From the NCBI GenBank assembly GCA_038087875.1, contig CM075989.1, forward strand, positions 22,818,001-22,882,000: DNA of 64,000 nt, in the 5' to 3' direction. This stretch comes from Malacoraja senta. Its lineage: Eukaryota. Shown here piece after piece: positions 62,978 to 64,000 of this stretch. The notes beneath the pieces were generated by a model. That model did no database searches and was not told where the DNA came from. It saw only the letters and a program-made list of their open reading frames with translations. Position numbers and translations under genes: made by a program. Every line of letters starts with the position of its first letter. The stretch's first letter is position 1.

Positions 62978-63560
62978 GTAGGAAGGAACTGCAGAGAACT
63001 GCTGGTTTAAATCGAAGATAAGACATAAAAAACTGGAGTACCTCACCGGGACAGGCAGCATCTCTGGAGGGAAGGGATGGGTGACGCTTCGGGTCGAGAC
63101 CCTTCGTCAGACTGAGAGTCAGGGGAGAGGGAGGCACGGAGGGAAAAGCAAGTGTAAGGTGTGAAAACTAGACATCAAAGGGGATGAGATCAAGGAAGAT
63201 GTAGAATAGATCATTGTTAGGTTGAAGAAGATGACTCCGAAGCAAGCAGAGATAATACTTAAGCAGGGGAACAGTCAGACTGGTGGGAGAACTGGGAAGG
63301 GGAGGGATGGAGAGAGAGGGAAAGCAAGGGTTACTAGAAGTTAGGGAAGTCAATATTCATACCGCTGGGGTGTAAGGTGCCCAAGCGAAATATGAGGTGC
63401 TGTTCCTCCAATTTGCGCTGGGCCTCACTCTGACAATGGAGGAGGCCCAGGACAGGAATGTCAGTGTGGGAATGGGAGGAGGAGTTAAAGTGTTTAGCAC
63501 CCATCCCTTCTCTCCAGAGATGCTGCCTGTCCCGCTGAGTTACTCCAGCATTCTGTGCCA
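62978..63560 (-). mobile_element. Penelope-like element: end of GIY-YIG ORF, 3' UTR, hammerhead motif, and an inverted terminal piece at the 5' truncation point
   Basis: HFNSSSHSHTDIPVLGLLHCQSEAQRKLEEQHLIFRLGTLHPSGMNIDF (63334-63497). Core at 63083-63110. Inverted piece 63498-63560. Perfect 11-bp TSD AACCAAGCTGA (62967-62977, 63561-63571). Confidence 0.85.
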
Positions 63561-64000
63561 AACCAAGCTGAAAGGGATAATGGGCATTTTTCCCATCCAA
63601 CTGGACTGGATTATAGAGCGTAATCCCTCAGGCCAACAGGGGCAGAGTGCCCACCCTTTCTGTCGGGCTTTCGTGCAACTTTTCAGCTGAGATCTGGCCC
63701 TGTCCAACTTGACGTACAATGGATCTGCCACAGAGAGACTCTTCTTATTATTTTGGGCTGCAATTCACAAAAGATGAGCACCGAGATCGCTAAAGGATCC
63801 ACATATTAAAATATGCAGATGAGACATGGCAGAATAGGCATCAAATTCATATTACACCGAATCACAAAAAGAAATCTGATTTTTTTTTTCTCTTTTTTTC
63901 CAGAGCTCAAGTTGTTTTTTTGTGAGTGAAGTTTTCCGCCAGTTACATTATCGCTAAAGCCTTCTTGTAGCTGTCACCTGCAGTGAATATAATTACATCC

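Overview
Eukaryotic DNA, very probably from a cartilaginous fish (skate/ray-like repeat content). The only host gene supported is the 3' part of an MCTP-family gene, most like MCTP2 (multiple C2 and transmembrane domain protein 2), on the minus strand. Its last six coding exons (34210-34091, 32474-32427, 19776-19667, 9018-8909, 4686-4589, 1751-1683) all have AG/GT boundaries and join in frame to 184 aa plus stop. The next upstream exon was not found in 34211-64000. The rest is intron and 3' UTR/flank packed with transposable elements: about 40 tRNA-derived V-SINE (HE1-like) copies, dozens of 5'-truncated CR1 LINEs, Rex/Babar and RTE-X LINE ends, and Penelope-like element (PLE) fragments carrying a minimal hammerhead-ribozyme motif. 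There are also PIF/Harbinger-like and hAT-like MITEs with target-site duplications (TSDs), an old Deu-domain SINE, and mini- and microsatellites. Almost all entries in the ORF track are repeat artefacts. No prokaryotic system, CRISPR array or true tRNA/rRNA gene is supported. The most interesting signals are the hammerhead-bearing PLE mini-insertions, several short local copies of composite sequence, a minisatellite that expanded inside one hAT copy, and a deeply nested ancient SINE. Family names come from my recall of sequence, not database searches. Repeat boundaries are approximate unless a TSD is quoted, and only representative repeat copies are listed.
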